Positions 38,040 through 51,100 of a stretch of 64,000 nucleotides of DNA are shown here, in pieces (position 1 is the first letter of the stretch; each line of letters starts with the position of its first letter). Made by a program: the position numbers and the translations under genes. The notes beneath the pieces were generated by a model. That model worked only from the letters and a program-made list of their open reading frames with translations. It ran no database searches and had not been told where the DNA came from. The DNA is from a virus. The DNA is taken from IMG/VR virus record IMGVR_UViG_3300021364_000009, positions 32,572 through 96,571 of that record; one strand, given 5' to 3'.

Positions 38040-41000
38040 ATGCCTAGTAAGAATAATCCAAAATCGGTTATAAAAATAGGAGAAGGTAGTTCCGTCTGCC
38101 AAGATGGTTCTAAAGGTAATCTTTCTACTCAAGTCCAAATGGCTCAAGACGCCTATGATGCGGAGCAGATTTCTGCTGAAAACCCTTTTGAGACATATCT
38201 CGGAGATGAAGTACAGTCACACCTAGACGATCTAGCTTCACAAGTAAAAGTGAAGCCTCCATACCTTGGAGAAGGTGCTAAGAGTTATAGCTATGGTGGT
38301 AATACAAAAACTATCTCAGGGACTCCCGATTGGGGGGTTCTAAAGCAAGCCGACAACACAGTATGGGATAGAAACAGTACGGTAACGGTTGGCTTTCTTC
38401 CTTTAGATAGCACTTATTTTAGAAATACAAATGTTGAAACCTTATTATATTCTTACAATAAGCCCACGCCAAATGGTTCAGAAGGTGCTGACCCAAGTAC
38501 GGATTTGACCTTTAACTATGATCACACAAAGTTACTAGGGGGCGGAGAAGGTGCTTCTTTCCTAGCTTCAGCGAGAGAGCAAGTAAACGAGCCTTTCAGA
38601 CATTGTAGAGTAACTTATCAGGGGGCTTCTTCAACCACTTCCGAAGGTTTTACTATTTCAGGTTTCTTATTTCCTGCGGATAGGGGGACTGTCGCTCTTT
38701 TATATTGGGCTACAGGTGTGCCTAATTTCTCTTATACTACAGCCACTTCAGTTTCAGAAATATCTCAAAGGGTTATTTCTGCAATCAACTTAGGGGAAGG
38801 ACGACTAAACAAAGAAAGTTCGCCTTCGATCTTCAATGAAGGTACAGATCAGTTTGTTTTTCCTAGCAAGCTCACAGGTCAGTATGACTTAAGAGAAATG
38901 CAAACAGGGCTTATTAGAAATGATTTGGCAGATGCAGGTCTTCCTGTTTCTTTTACAGATTTTGTTGCAGACCCTAATTTAGGATCAGTGCGTCTGTTAA
39001 AAGAGCCGGGAGCTTGTTTCTTTGGTGTAGGACAGCCTACAGTAGACCCTAGAGGAAATATTCCTGTTCTTTTTGGTGCTTATTCTTGGGATGAGAAAGT
39101 AGCCTCTGATTGGGTAGAAAACGACACGAACTTTTTGGCGTATCGTCTACCTGCGTTACAAGATTACTCTCCTTCTGGCTTAAAAACTCCAAATGAGCAC
39201 CGAGAGCGTTTCTTTCAAGTAATACAACCTGCTTCTGTTTCTTCAGACTTTGATACAGCGGGTGACTATGTGACTTTCGGAGACGACTATTACACTTACC
39301 AAGTAGCCCGATACAGACATGTCGTTTCTTACGAAGAGTTAGACCTTACAGCAACCTCGAAAGGTTCTTTTGCTCTAGTGCATTTCAAAAAAGAGGATAC
39401 TTTTGAGAGACTTGTGCGAGATGGTATTTCTCCTTCAGAAGATGATCTTTATTCTGTCAGCTTTTTCAACCTTCTTGAAGGTGAAGACGTGGCTAATATC
39501 GTTTCAGACGGAGAAGACTATAATGAGTATGGGATTCCAGTACTCGCACCTAAGAATAAAGATGCCTCTTCTAACACAATTTTAAAACCTAACGTGTTCG
39601 TCAGAAGCAGAAGCAGTGCTGACAAGCTACAAGGCTCAACATCAAGAACACACATTACGCACAAGAATGAAGATGCTGATTCTAGTGCAGACTTGAGATT
39701 TAAAGTTGGAGATGCGTATTTCACCACTATTTCTGGTGTCAAATATATTCTGCCAACTAGAGACAAATCCAAGAAAAGCTCGGATGTTGTATTTCTTTCA
39801 GAGTCTTATAATAAGATACTGAACAAAGTTTCTTTGGTAGGAGACGTACACCTTTCTGATTTTTCTATCCCAAGGTATTTCTCTAGCAAAACAAGTGCTT
39901 CAAAGAAATATAACGAGCCTTCATCTCCGTTCGTTTTAAATTTTTCGGCATATTCTTCAGACTCTAACTTGTTTGTAGAAGAGCCTAGTCTCAAAGAAAT
40001 CTCTACAGGTAAACAGCTCGTCACTTTGGGGTGGGACGATATTAAGGCGGATATGAGTGCCTACAACCCCACGGTTGCAGGGACTTATTTTGATGTAAAT
40101 GTGATACCTCAAGGAGATACGGGTCTCTGTACTTTTACAACCCAAGGAAATATCTCTGTGATGTATAAGAGTCCTCTATACCATTATGATGGTTTGGGGT
40201 ATGCAGATGTCTTACAGCCCTCATATACCCCTAGTAATCTAAATGATGGACATCAGACCTCTAATTTCTTATATCACTCTTCAAGACTCGTCTCTTTAAT
40301 TCAAAACGCAAATACAAGTCTGTTTTATTTCCACTTCTCTTATCTTGCAGGAGCTAGAAATGCAGACCAAGCTTTTGCGATCTTCAGGTATGACCCTGAA
40401 GGTTTCAGAGTTTATATTAGTTTAGACCTGACAGACGACAGAATAGAACTCTGCTCGGGTGAAAACAAAATAGGAGGTGGGGGTGCTTTTCCTTCGTACC
40501 CTATATATCGGCCTAAAATAAATACAGAAGCACCTCAGAGAAACGCCTTTGGAAGCGAAGACGCAACTGCACTTTTAGTAGGTGGGGAGACGTATTATGT
40601 TGAAGCACAGTCTGGTTTCGCTGCTAATCTTTTCGACTATTCTGTAGTGGGAACCTCCTATGATGTAGATTACGCTACAGATGTAGCTACTAACTTCTCA
40701 GGAGCCTATGGGAACTCTGCTGAGTTTAATAACAGGTCAGCAGGGTATGGTATCAGTGCGATTCTTACTACAGAAAGCGGAAGTGCATCCATCGACCCCA
40801 ACATAATACTTGATACTAGGTCAAAACTGCATCATGGGTACGATTTACATGAAGTCTCTAAGGATGTAGACCCTAGTCTCCCTACTTATGGGAATTTTAC
40901 ACAGAACCAAAGAGGCATTATTTCTGCCATGTCTCTAGGCACATCTCCCGTACTTTCAAATATGTTGATTTTCCCCAATGACGTAGCTCCTCTGACGACT

Positions 41001-42077
41001 TTATTTACCCCAAGAAAAGACACACAAGAAAGATTTCTTGACGAATCTTACAGGTTGAGCGTCTTGTTTGAAGGTATTGAAGACCAACAAAATATTCAAG
41101 GTCCGGGACTTCCTCAAGGTTCAAGGGTGAACCTCTTAAGAGTAAGAGATGATGTGTTTGCTACATCAGTCCACGGAGGTGCAGGCTATTTAAGGAACTC
41201 ACACCATTGGGACTGGTGTGTATTCACAAATAATTCACCTTTCTATGATGGTAATGGGAATCTATATAACAAAGAAGGTGAAGCACAAGTATCGGGCTTA
41301 CCTTCTTTAGCTTTGGCTCCATTAAATGGAGGAGAATACGGGGTTCCCCGTAGAGGTTTATTAAGACTTCCAATACTTAATTACCAAGTAGATACTTATT
41401 TCCCCAACGAGACTTATGATCCAAGCTGGACTACTGGTGCTATGGGAGAAGTTGGATTGTATTACAGACAGCCAGACTACAATCACGGGGTAGGAGGCAC
41501 ATATTACAATAGGGAATTTTCTTACAGCAGAGCTTTTGACGTAGAGTTTAGTCGTAGTGGTACTGTTGAAAATATGAAAGGGACTTCTCGCTTTCAAATG
41601 AGAGTCCTTGGCTTAAGTTTTTCAGATTTCGCATTCAAATCAGACCGTGGAGTTTCAATCTATGTGAAAATTCCAGGCTTGACTGCATGGCTGGATGTTG
41701 GAAGGGCAAATAATCAGGGCGTAAGTAAACAGCATATTTCCAAAGATGGCTCAGGGTGTCTTATTTCTGAGAGAGAAGGTTTCACTGTTAAAGAGAATGT
41801 CTACTTTACTGATCTTACTTTGGAGTTAGGGCCTTTAGCCACCTTTGCAAAGAATTCTACGGGCGAGTGTCCTGTTCTTGTGAAAGTTTCTTTCAAGGGC
41901 TTGGGGATGGAAGGTTACGATAATAGTATGAAGTTGGATTTTGAACCTGGAGTTAACCCTCCTGCTATGTCTACAGAGTATTATCCTGTAGTTCTAAGGA
42001 GAGGTTTGGTAGGCTTAGAAATACTAAGAATGTCAAATGGTAAAAACTACGATGAGGATGAAGTAGTTTACGTTTGA
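38040..42077 (+). CDS. large virion structural protein (hypothetical)
   Basis: AAGGAG SD; S/T/G/Y/F-rich; inside the tail block; ERFLDESYRL motif. Confidence 0.7.
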   Translation: MPSKNNPKSVIKIGEGSSVCQDGSKGNLSTQVQMAQDAYDAEQISAENPFETYLGDEVQSHLDDLASQVKVKPPYLGEGAKSYSYGGNTKTISGTPDWGVLKQADNTVWDRNSTVTVGFLPLDSTYFRNTNVETLLYSYNKPTPNGSEGADPSTDLTFNYDHTKLLGGGEGASFLASAREQVNEPFRHCRVTYQGASSTTSEGFTISGFLFPADRGTVALLYWATGVPNFSYTTATSVSEISQRVISAINLGEGRLNKESSPSIFNEGTDQFVFPSKLTGQYDLREMQTGLIRNDLADAGLPVSFTDFVADPNLGSVRLLKEPGACFFGVGQPTVDPRGNIPVLFGAYSWDEKVASDWVENDTNFLAYRLPALQDYSPSGLKTPNEHRERFFQVIQPASVSSDFDTAGDYVTFGDDYYTYQVARYRHVVSYEELDLTATSKGSFALVHFKKEDTFERLVRDGISPSEDDLYSVSFFNLLEGEDVANIVSDGEDYNEYGIPVLAPKNKDASSNTILKPNVFVRSRSSADKLQGSTSRTHITHKNEDADSSADLRFKVGDAYFTTISGVKYILPTRDKSKKSSDVVFLSESYNKILNKVSLVGDVHLSDFSIPRYFSSKTSASKKYNEPSSPFVLNFSAYSSDSNLFVEEPSLKEISTGKQLVTLGWDDIKADMSAYNPTVAGTYFDVNVIPQGDTGLCTFTTQGNISVMYKSPLYHYDGLGYADVLQPSYTPSNLNDGHQTSNFLYHSSRLVSLIQNANTSLFYFHFSYLAGARNADQAFAIFRYDPEGFRVYISLDLTDDRIELCSGENKIGGGGAFPSYPIYRPKINTEAPQRNAFGSEDATALLVGGETYYVEAQSGFAANLFDYSVVGTSYDVDYATDVATNFSGAYGNSAEFNNRSAGYGISAILTTESGSASIDPNIILDTRSKLHHGYDLHEVSKDVDPSLPTYGNFTQNQRGIISAMSLGTSPVLSNMLIFPNDVAPLTTLFTPRKDTQERFLDESYRLSVLFEGIEDQQNIQGPGLPQGSRVNLLRVRDDVFATSVHGGAGYLRNSHHWDWCVFTNNSPFYDGNGNLYNKEGEAQVSGLPSLALAPLNGGEYGVPRRGLLRLPILNYQVDTYFPNETYDPSWTTGAMGEVGLYYRQPDYNHGVGGTYYNREFSYSRAFDVEFSRSGTVENMKGTSRFQMRVLGLSFSDFAFKSDRGVSIYVKIPGLTAWLDVGRANNQGVSKQHISKDGSGCLISEREGFTVKENVYFTDLTLELGPLATFAKNSTGECPVLVKVSFKGLGMEGYDNSMKLDFEPGVNPPAMSTEYYPVVLRRGLVGLEILRMSNGKNYDEDEVVYV

Positions 42078-42145
42078 TTGTTCTTTAATACTCTCAGAGT
42101 ATCACAACATTGTAGGTGTAAAATATTTAAAGCGAGGTTCTAAAC

Positions 42146-45100
42146 ATGGCTTCTGATTTAGATCGTTTGAAGAAGGCTTCTCTAAACACACAGGCTACGA
42201 ATAACACGGAGTCAGAGCATTACTCAAGAAATAGGACGGTTCGTTCAGAAGAAATCAAATCCGGATTGTCTAGGTTTGAAGGTTCTTGGGCGAGCGATTT
42301 TTCTTTTGGAGTCAGCAATAAAAAAGACACACATCCTCTCCCTAGTATAAAGACAGGTCTAGGTCTGCAAGGTTATGGGGATATAGATTTTATCCCATAT
42401 GTGGAAAACACAAATAGAATAGGACTGGAGGGAGAAGCGACATTAGGCTCTCCTATTTCTTTTGAAGTGATAGGGCCTACTCTTAAGTCCCCTCTTGTGG
42501 ATTGGACTTGGCAGATCGCAAGATACTCAGATGGTGAGTATTTAATCCTTTGGGATGCAGGTAGTGGCACAATCCCTAGTCTCTATGGGATTAATGATAA
42601 TAGTAATCTAGCATACCCCTACTCTAACATCTCAGACGATGAAGGTCTTTATGTTATTCTCCGCAGTTTCGGTAGAGACCTTGATTATTTGGATGGTGAT
42701 CGTGAAAGAACCCCCTATCACATTTTTAAAGTAGCTGAAAATGGTGTATTGGACTATAGCGTAAAAATATCTAGCGACACTCCTATTTCTGACGTTTTAG
42801 ATTATTCGACGGATAACACAATAGCGGGGGTTACTTTTGTACGAAAAGTAGCTTCACGCATGTTCTGTGTCCCTTCAAGTAATCGCCAGACTTTCTTTGT
42901 CATGCCACCTGAAAAATCGCTTTCATTAGACATTGAGCCACCTTTCGAGGCGTGGCTTGATGGTTCTTTTGACGGTCTTGGCAAGTCAGGTAGTGTAGAA
43001 ACCTACGGAAATAGATCAAATCTTCCTGTACTAAGCCCCTTACAATATGAAGGTGTAGAAATATTTAATGGGATCATCCTTAATGTTTCAACTCCTGCTG
43101 TCTCTACTTTTAAGATTTATGTAGACGATGAATTTTCAAAAGGGTCAAATATTTTAGACGGAAAAACGGGACTAGAAACTCAGCAACTCTTAGGGACTCT
43201 ATTTAAAGTTGGTTATGTAATTAGAGTTGTATCTATTGAAGAGGAAGCTTCAAATCGTTATCTAGGTTACTTTGAAATTACAGATATTCAGTTGTCGGGT
43301 GGTTCAGCGTCGGGACGCTCTCCTCTCGAATTGACCTTGAAAGGTGTGACGACACAAAACCACATTTCAGGAAATATCAGTTGGGATATTGCTTCTGCGG
43401 ATTCACAATATGATATAAAATTTACAGTCCATGAGAGCGTTTCAGACTTACTTAGTAAGAGCAACCCACAGCCACACGAAATTGATTCTACAAGAATAAA
43501 GTCTCTTATTTCTCCACTACACTCAGATCGTTCTTCTAACGTAAGACCTACGATGATGAGAGCAAATGACTGTACTTGGGGAGAGGGTGAGATTTCTAAT
43601 CTTCTTGATCTTGGGTTTAAAGCCGTTATCTATAACCCCAAATTGCAAGGTTCCAATCTTGTTGCGGATTTCAACAGCCCTGTAGACTCAAACTTATACG
43701 AAATAGACTATGAAGGTGCTACAATCTATTTCCACGAAGAGGTTGTACAAGAAGATAAGTATTTAAACCATGCACAAAACCCAACAGGTAGTCCGGTCTT
43801 ATTTATTTCTTGTGTTCCCCTAAGTCAAAATGCTTCCTTCGGAAATAGATTTACAGCGAAAGAAGAGGGGATCGTAAAGGGTGCGTTTAAGACACCTACT
43901 ATTAAGAATATCCTAAGCGGAGACACAGCAACCTTTGGCAAAACGCTGTCAGAAATCCCAGATTTCCCTTCTTCGGTTTATTTACCAGGTATTTCTTTGG
44001 GTGAGATACCAAGTACAGGTGCAATCGAGTTCCGAAAAGATTTAAGTCAGTTTGGTACTGAAAATGTGGAGTATGTTACTGCTACCTACAACTTAGTAAC
44101 TTCACATCTTGAAGGAGTAGTTCTTAAAATATCTTCCACGACACAAATTGGAGATTCGATGGGGACTTATGGTCTTTCAAATCCCCTTCACATCGAGTTT
44201 GTAAGAAACCCCTCTGTTTCATTCAGAGAATCTATATATGCGGGATTAAGCCTCCGAACGGAAGAAGTTACTTTTGCACATGGTCTTATTTCTTTAGATG
44301 AGCGTGGGAATCAGACTCTTGAAGTAAGTGGCTTATCTACTGAAGAGTCTTCTATTCTCTATGATAGTTCAGAGAATAAATGGGAAATATCCGGAGACTA
44401 CAATGTAAATCTCTCTGTAACTAGAGGAGACCTTGTAGCTTCCAATGTCGTTGAGTTTGATAATTCCGATTTAACTATTGCTCCGTATTCTCAGTCTTTG
44501 AAGATTTCTTCTTCGACATCTTTTAATGAGCCGGGATGTAGTTTTACTTTTACGACTGAAGATGGTTTCGGAAACCACGAAGATTTGAGAGGTTATTATC
44601 TTAACACAGAAGCTGTAACCATAATCACAAAAGAAACCCTATCTATACCTCCAAACAATAGGATTGTTTTTGGTTTAGATTATATCCCTGATTGCCACAA
44701 CCCTTTTGCATCTGAATGGTACAAGTCCGAACTTCATGTAGAGGTAGTAGGTTCTGAAGAGGTTGGGGATTTCCTGAAGTCTGCACTTCCTTCAGAAAAA
44801 CAGCCTGCCATTTCTTACGACGCAAGTGATGTTAATGATGGACATGTTTCGATTACAGGCAGAAACGCCTGTATCTATCCTGCATATGCACTTGTAGAAA
44901 CAGCTCAGATTTATGAAATCTCGGCAGAGATTCATGCTCAATTAGGAGGCACTTATACCCTACCTGCATCAAGATATTTACTTTCCTTAGAGAGCACCGA
45001 GCCGGGCTTAGAAGATCGTTGGGTCAGCTTAGTTGTAAACAATGAAGCAATAAGCTTTGACACAGACGATTATGTGGACGTTGTGTCCATGCTTGAGTAT

Positions 45101-48100
45101 ATCGCAGAAAAGCTAAACAAAGACCTTTATTTTGGACACTCCGCACGACTCTTAGATCGTGCTGGTTTCTATGACAGCCAAGGTCAAGATTGGGATGGTA
45201 CAAATTATACGTCAAATGGTGGACTAGATGCCAGCATTAAAGGTACGGCAGGGGATCAGTATGGTGAGCGTCAGATTCTTTGGGTCTCTCCTTCAGATGT
45301 ACGTCACCCAAAGTTTTCAGAGTTTAGTCTTACAAACTATGCTTCACATACTTTAGCACTTATTTGTACGGGTAGAGGTGCAAGCAAGAGCTTAAATGGT
45401 ACACTTGATGAGATGAAAGAGCAGTCTATTCTCCAAGAGAATAGACTCATAAATGTCATTGCCTCTATCGGTGAGATAGATCAATCTTTCATGTGGTACA
45501 TCTTTAAAGATGGGCTTACCAAGTTCAACCGTATTGGCTACTACCATAGAGAAGAAACTCTTGCAGATAACACTACGGCTACAGGAAATCCCACAGTAAT
45601 GGGACAGACAGGAAACCTTGCTTTAGGTTTCCCTAGTGAAGGTATTCTTCCTTTAGGTAGGCTTCTTGGTGAATCTTTCAGAATAAAAGCACAAAACACC
45701 ACTTATGATGGTCGTTGTGATTTTGAGGTTGGTTTTGTAGATGACCCTACAGGCAGACCTGCCTACTACCCTATAAGAAGCAATCTTACACTATCTTATG
45801 ACAGCACATACCTAACATCAGGACTACCAGATAAAGCGTCAGAAAGTTCAGATTTTGCAATACAGAACAGCTGGCTCGACAATCAGAGCTTTGCTTTTGA
45901 AGGAAGCTCTTATGAAACTCCCGATTTCAGAAATTACGCTTGGGTGTCGAGAGATTATTTCTCTAAGCTGATTTATGATGGTGCTACTCCCTACAACCAA
46001 GACCCTTCTGTGGGCGGTTATGTCGAAATACATGCAACTTTCTCTGCGACTCCAAAAGAGAGAAGTTATTTTTACGGAAGTTATTTAGGTGACAATGATA
46101 ACAATCTTGGACATGAAGACTATGTTGCTAAGATTGACTCCTCTAAATTTATCACCCCTCTTATCGACAGAAGTGTTCTCCAAAAAGGAGACCTGTTCTA
46201 CATAGCAGGCTCTGACTCCCAACCTTCCCACCATAAAGCAACGATAATAAGTGTTGTAAATGAAAGTGTTTATTCAGAGAACACGAAGATTTCTTTAAGA
46301 GTTTTAATGCAAGCAGTGGGGAGTCAATTTGGAGGTTTCAGTCAGATCAAGCCTAGCTTCAGACCTTCTGTTTCTGAGATTGTCCTCGAAGATGGGAAAT
46401 TTAGACCAAACTATCTTAACTTCACATATAAATCCGCATCTCTTGTAGTTGGGAATAATGTCCTTTGGAATGAAGGGAACATTAAAAGTCTGCTGAACAC
46501 ACAGTCTGTCGCAGATTATGCCTCACCTAACAACACTGAGAGAAGTTCTTCAGCGGTAGATGGTGGGTTTGGTACATTTGGCTCTCAATCTGCCACTCTT
46601 ATATCTGGAGGTCGAGTAGGTTTATTTACAGGACTCCCTTTATCTCAGACAGGTATTTCTTTTGCCTCTATCACAGGAGGACACACTTCGGGTCAATATA
46701 TAGAAGTAGACCCTACCTACAGCAATTATGAGAAAAAAAGCTACAGAGTCTTCGAGACTTTCTTGGATCATGGTGTATTTCCTTTTGTAAGTCTTCCTTC
46801 AGGTTCAGGTTCAGACAATGTGGGTACGCTAGGTCATCTTTCTAGCGACAGCACAAAGAAATCGAATTACAAAGGTGCTGTGTTCGGAGGAACTGCGGGT
46901 CTTCGTGTTTCGGGGGACATACAACTCTATGTTAAGAATGCTCGTCCTTTTGGGACAGATAGATACACAGCGTTTATTGTACATTCAGACAATGCTCCTG
47001 CCACCACCACAGACTATTTAATCGGAAACAGTAGAGTAACTGAATCTATTAACGAATATTGGAAAGACTGGGAGCCTTCTACCACAGGCTCCATTGGCTA
47101 TTTCTCACAAAACGGAAGAAACAGTCAGCAAAGAGGTGCAGGAGCACATATGCCTGCTGGCGTAGGTCTGTTTGGCTACAACAACACTTTTGGTGGCGTC
47201 AATGGAGCTAATGCTTCTGTAAGAAGAACTGCTACAGTCTCTTTAGGACTTACAATCGCAGATTTGAAGGGTATTTCTGCAAGTTTAGGTCAAAACCTAG
47301 TTGATCAAATGGAAGACCAAGGAAAGTTAAACCCCTTTATTGGTGAAAACAATGATCGGTCTGCTTCCAAGACGGGTGAAACATTATTTGAAATAGGTCA
47401 GTCTTCAGTTTCAGACTTTAATACCATGACTCTACCTGCATTGAGAGGTAGTTATCTTTACTTGGAAAGTAAAGGTCTTGATCAGTCTGACGGCTATTAC
47501 AAGATCATAGACGTTCCTGTTATTTCTCCCATAGATGCTTCCTCTCAAGAATCTAAGTTCGGAAGTGAAAATACATTACACGGCTATATTTCTGACTATA
47601 ACTCAAAAGTCAGAAATAGTCTTTCAGCTATCGTGGCGAATGTTACTGTCAGAGTAGAATCTAACAGATACCTTTCAGAAATACCCAACGAATCAAACAA
47701 TAGTCGTATAACCCGTGTAGATCAGATCACTCCTCCACAGAATAAGATTAGAGATACTTACGACAACTTAACTAATTCTTATAAGTGGAGAATTTTACAC
47801 CACGCAGGTAACGCTGCTGGTACAAATTTTCAGCAGGTATACGTTTTTGACGTTGAGAATAGCGGAGGTTCACCAACTTCTTCTTCTTCAGACTTACAGG
47901 GTATAGAGATCAGCCCAAGAGCACTCGGCAAGCAATCTCTACCTGCTGAGTTAATTCCTCTAGCGACATCAGACAGTCCTTCTGACACCCCCACAGAGCT
48001 GACCACCCCCAATAATCTCTCACCTCTTTCTTATGACCCTAAAAACTTTACGATGCGACTCTTAGGTGTACATCGTAATATGGACATGAGAGGTAAGACA

Positions 48101-51100
48101 AGCTCAGTCGCATTTGTTTGTCTTGAAGATGAGGCTTCATACGACTTCTTCCAAGGTGATGCAGGAGGAGAAGAAATAAGGACTCAAACTCCTATCTCTG
48201 ATCTCGTTGAAGTAGTTGGAAACACACCTGCACGTCTTGTAGTTTATTCTTCAGAAAGATCAGACAGGCTTGACGAGTCTTACGCAATTACCACCAAAAG
48301 AAGATTTGAAAGTGGAGAGTCTGGTTTTGTTTCTCTAGGATACCCTGAGAGAATGGGTCTTGGCATTGTCCTTGATGGTGGATTGGGTGTCGTGAGTGGA
48401 AATGCAGTAAGAGTCCACCCACAAAAAGGAAGCACAGACTCACTAGGTGCTCTTTTACTTTATTCTTTCCCTTATGCAGACCCTAGAGATGATGTCAGAG
48501 ATGGGGACGCTGTTTCACTCCCCTCAAGATTTAATCGAACTGAATTCTATGGGGACGTGGTTGTCGCAGGATATAACTCAGATATAGTTATTGAAGACTC
48601 TCGTTCCGCTGAAGGTTCCTTTGCTAGAATAAATGAGAACGAAGCGTCTGCTTCTACTGTAAGAAACCAACAGTCTTTGACGATTAGTTATGCAAGCCTC
48701 TCTAATCAGATGAGAGTCACCCACCAAAATAAAAATGACTTCCTTACTGATGGGAGTTTCTCAGAGTATATAGATTTCTTCTTAGACTCAGAAATCGGAA
48801 ACTATTTCAGGAAATTAGATTTAGGAAATGGTAATTTTTATAATTACATAGAGTCTAACTTGTTTAGAAATATTCCAGCCCCTCCTCTTCCAAACGACAC
48901 TTTATTTCCTTGGACTAACGTGGGGGTTAGAGTTAAGAGTAGTGGCGGATTGGTTTACGAGAGAGCTTTCAGACCTCAAGACGCTACAGGTTCTGACGTT
49001 GTTGTTTCTCACAGTAAAGGAGCAAAGTCTGACCGTGGTATTAAGGGGCTAGAAATACCTGCATTTGGAGAGTGCTTGCTTCTTCCAAAAGGACCGCCAA
49101 CTCTAGGTGGTAGAGTCCTCGAAAACAGCGAGGGAGCTAAAATAAGAATAGGGAATACACCTACCGACTTACCGCTATACGAGTTCTATAATGGTCCGAC
49201 TAGGTTAAACTATGGGGGTACTCACGCTATTTCTATAGGAAATGTACTTCAAGAACATGGAGTTTATGGAAGACCTGGATTCCCCACCACAGAAAATGAG
49301 AAACAGCTTCTTTTTGCCCCTAAAGGAAATAATTCTCAGAGTGACCCAATCGAATACGATCCAGGAATCTTATCTCAAGCATACCACCATTCAAGATCAA
49401 ATGGTTCTGATGAGTGGGGTGGTCGTAAAGAAATCTTAACTCCAAAGAGCAATAAGCTTTATGGTTATCTTGCTCTCTTGAAATTCTCAGGTGGATCTTT
49501 TAACTTTACGAATGCTCCAAGTGGCAGACCTTATTATTTCGATCAGTATTTCTCTTTGTTTTATGTTTATCGAGGCAAAGTCGTATATATTGAGTTAGAT
49601 TTGATTGAGGATGCTTTTCAACCTCTTCCGATAGAGCGTAGAACAGGAGATAAACCTGAGTATCAATATGTAAATACAGGGAATAACACGCAGTCTTCTG
49701 TAATTGGGAGAGATGTGTATGGTTCGCATACAAGTGATGTTTCAAGAACAATAGAGCCAAACTTCTCTTTCTATGTTCCGGATGGTATCCAACACGTTTT
49801 TGTGGAAGTGAAAGGTCGAAATGACAATCCTCTTTCAGCTAATCAGAATACAGGGTGGAATATCTATTCCGCACACGGTCTATTACTTAGTACGAAGAGT
49901 AGTGTAACTCTTACATTACCCCCTGAAAATACATCTAATGCTCTAGTGTCGGGGGCTAATGCTCTCGACTATTGGGAATATATAAGCCCTCATAACCATA
50001 ACCTCGGCTCTCTCGCCACTTCTGTAGAACATAAATTCTTAGACTACTCTGGTCGTGCGTGGTTCTACGCCCCTAATGGTTCAATCTCCAATTTTGAAGA
50101 GATTTTACATTCGATTAATTGGACTGCGAACAATTTTGCCCCTGTATTATCTGGCAAAGCTGCTCTTAAATATTCGTATGTAAGAATATTAGGGAGCTAT
50201 ACACAACTGAACGATCTCTGTTATGGTACTAATACAGGTATTACTCCTTTTGCAGATAATAATGAGGTTTTCGACCGTGTGTTTGAAGTGCCTGATTCAG
50301 ATGTTAATAGTGAAGTGTATGAAGAAGGTTCAGAAAGAGTTAATTCAAACCTACAAGTGCGTCTTCTTGACGGCATGGTTTTAGAAGATGTGACGACAGG
50401 GACTTTTTACACAGTAGGAGAAATAGGAAGATACAGAGGTTGGCACTCTCATATGAAGCCAACTTCTCAAGTGGGTGACTATGTTCACTACGAGCATGGT
50501 ATGCACCTTCTTGATCAAACTCAACATACGCCTGAGATGGAAGAAATATACGGAAGCCCTTTAATTCGTAATGCTAATTTTGGGTCTATTATTTCTAGTA
50601 ACGGACATTCTTCTCCTGAGATTCTTACTGATCTTTCAAGTCACTTCAACTATGAGCGATCTATGTATGGGTATTTAAATGAAGACTCTTATCCTACTAC
50701 TCAAAGGAAGAATGGTTTTGGAGACATTGTAGACAATGGTTATGTTCGTAGACCTTTGTTAGGTCATAAGTTCAGAGTTGTACCTAATGTCGAGTTTGTT
50801 CCTGTTCTTGGTTATCGCTCGGTAAGAGGTGGTCTTTGTGTGCCATATGACCCAAGCACTAGTTACCAAGGATACATTAAGAATGCGGATGCAGTTCTTT
50901 TTGATGCGAACTATTCTTTCTTAAAAACAGATATAGGGAAGAAAATCTATATTTGTGGGACATATGAGTACGGCTATGTGGGTTGGTGGGTTGTCACAGA
51001 TGTGATCTCAAATTATGTTATCAATCCTACAATGACAGGTAGTTCTGAAACCTTTGAGGTTGCAGTTGTTAGAAAGATTAAGAGGTCTGGTGAATACCTA

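Noticed and set aside
42088-42102. Small hairpin ATACTC-TCA-GAGTAT upstream of the giant gene
   Set aside because: It is only 6 bp, has no U-tract and does not cover the SD, so it is too weak to call
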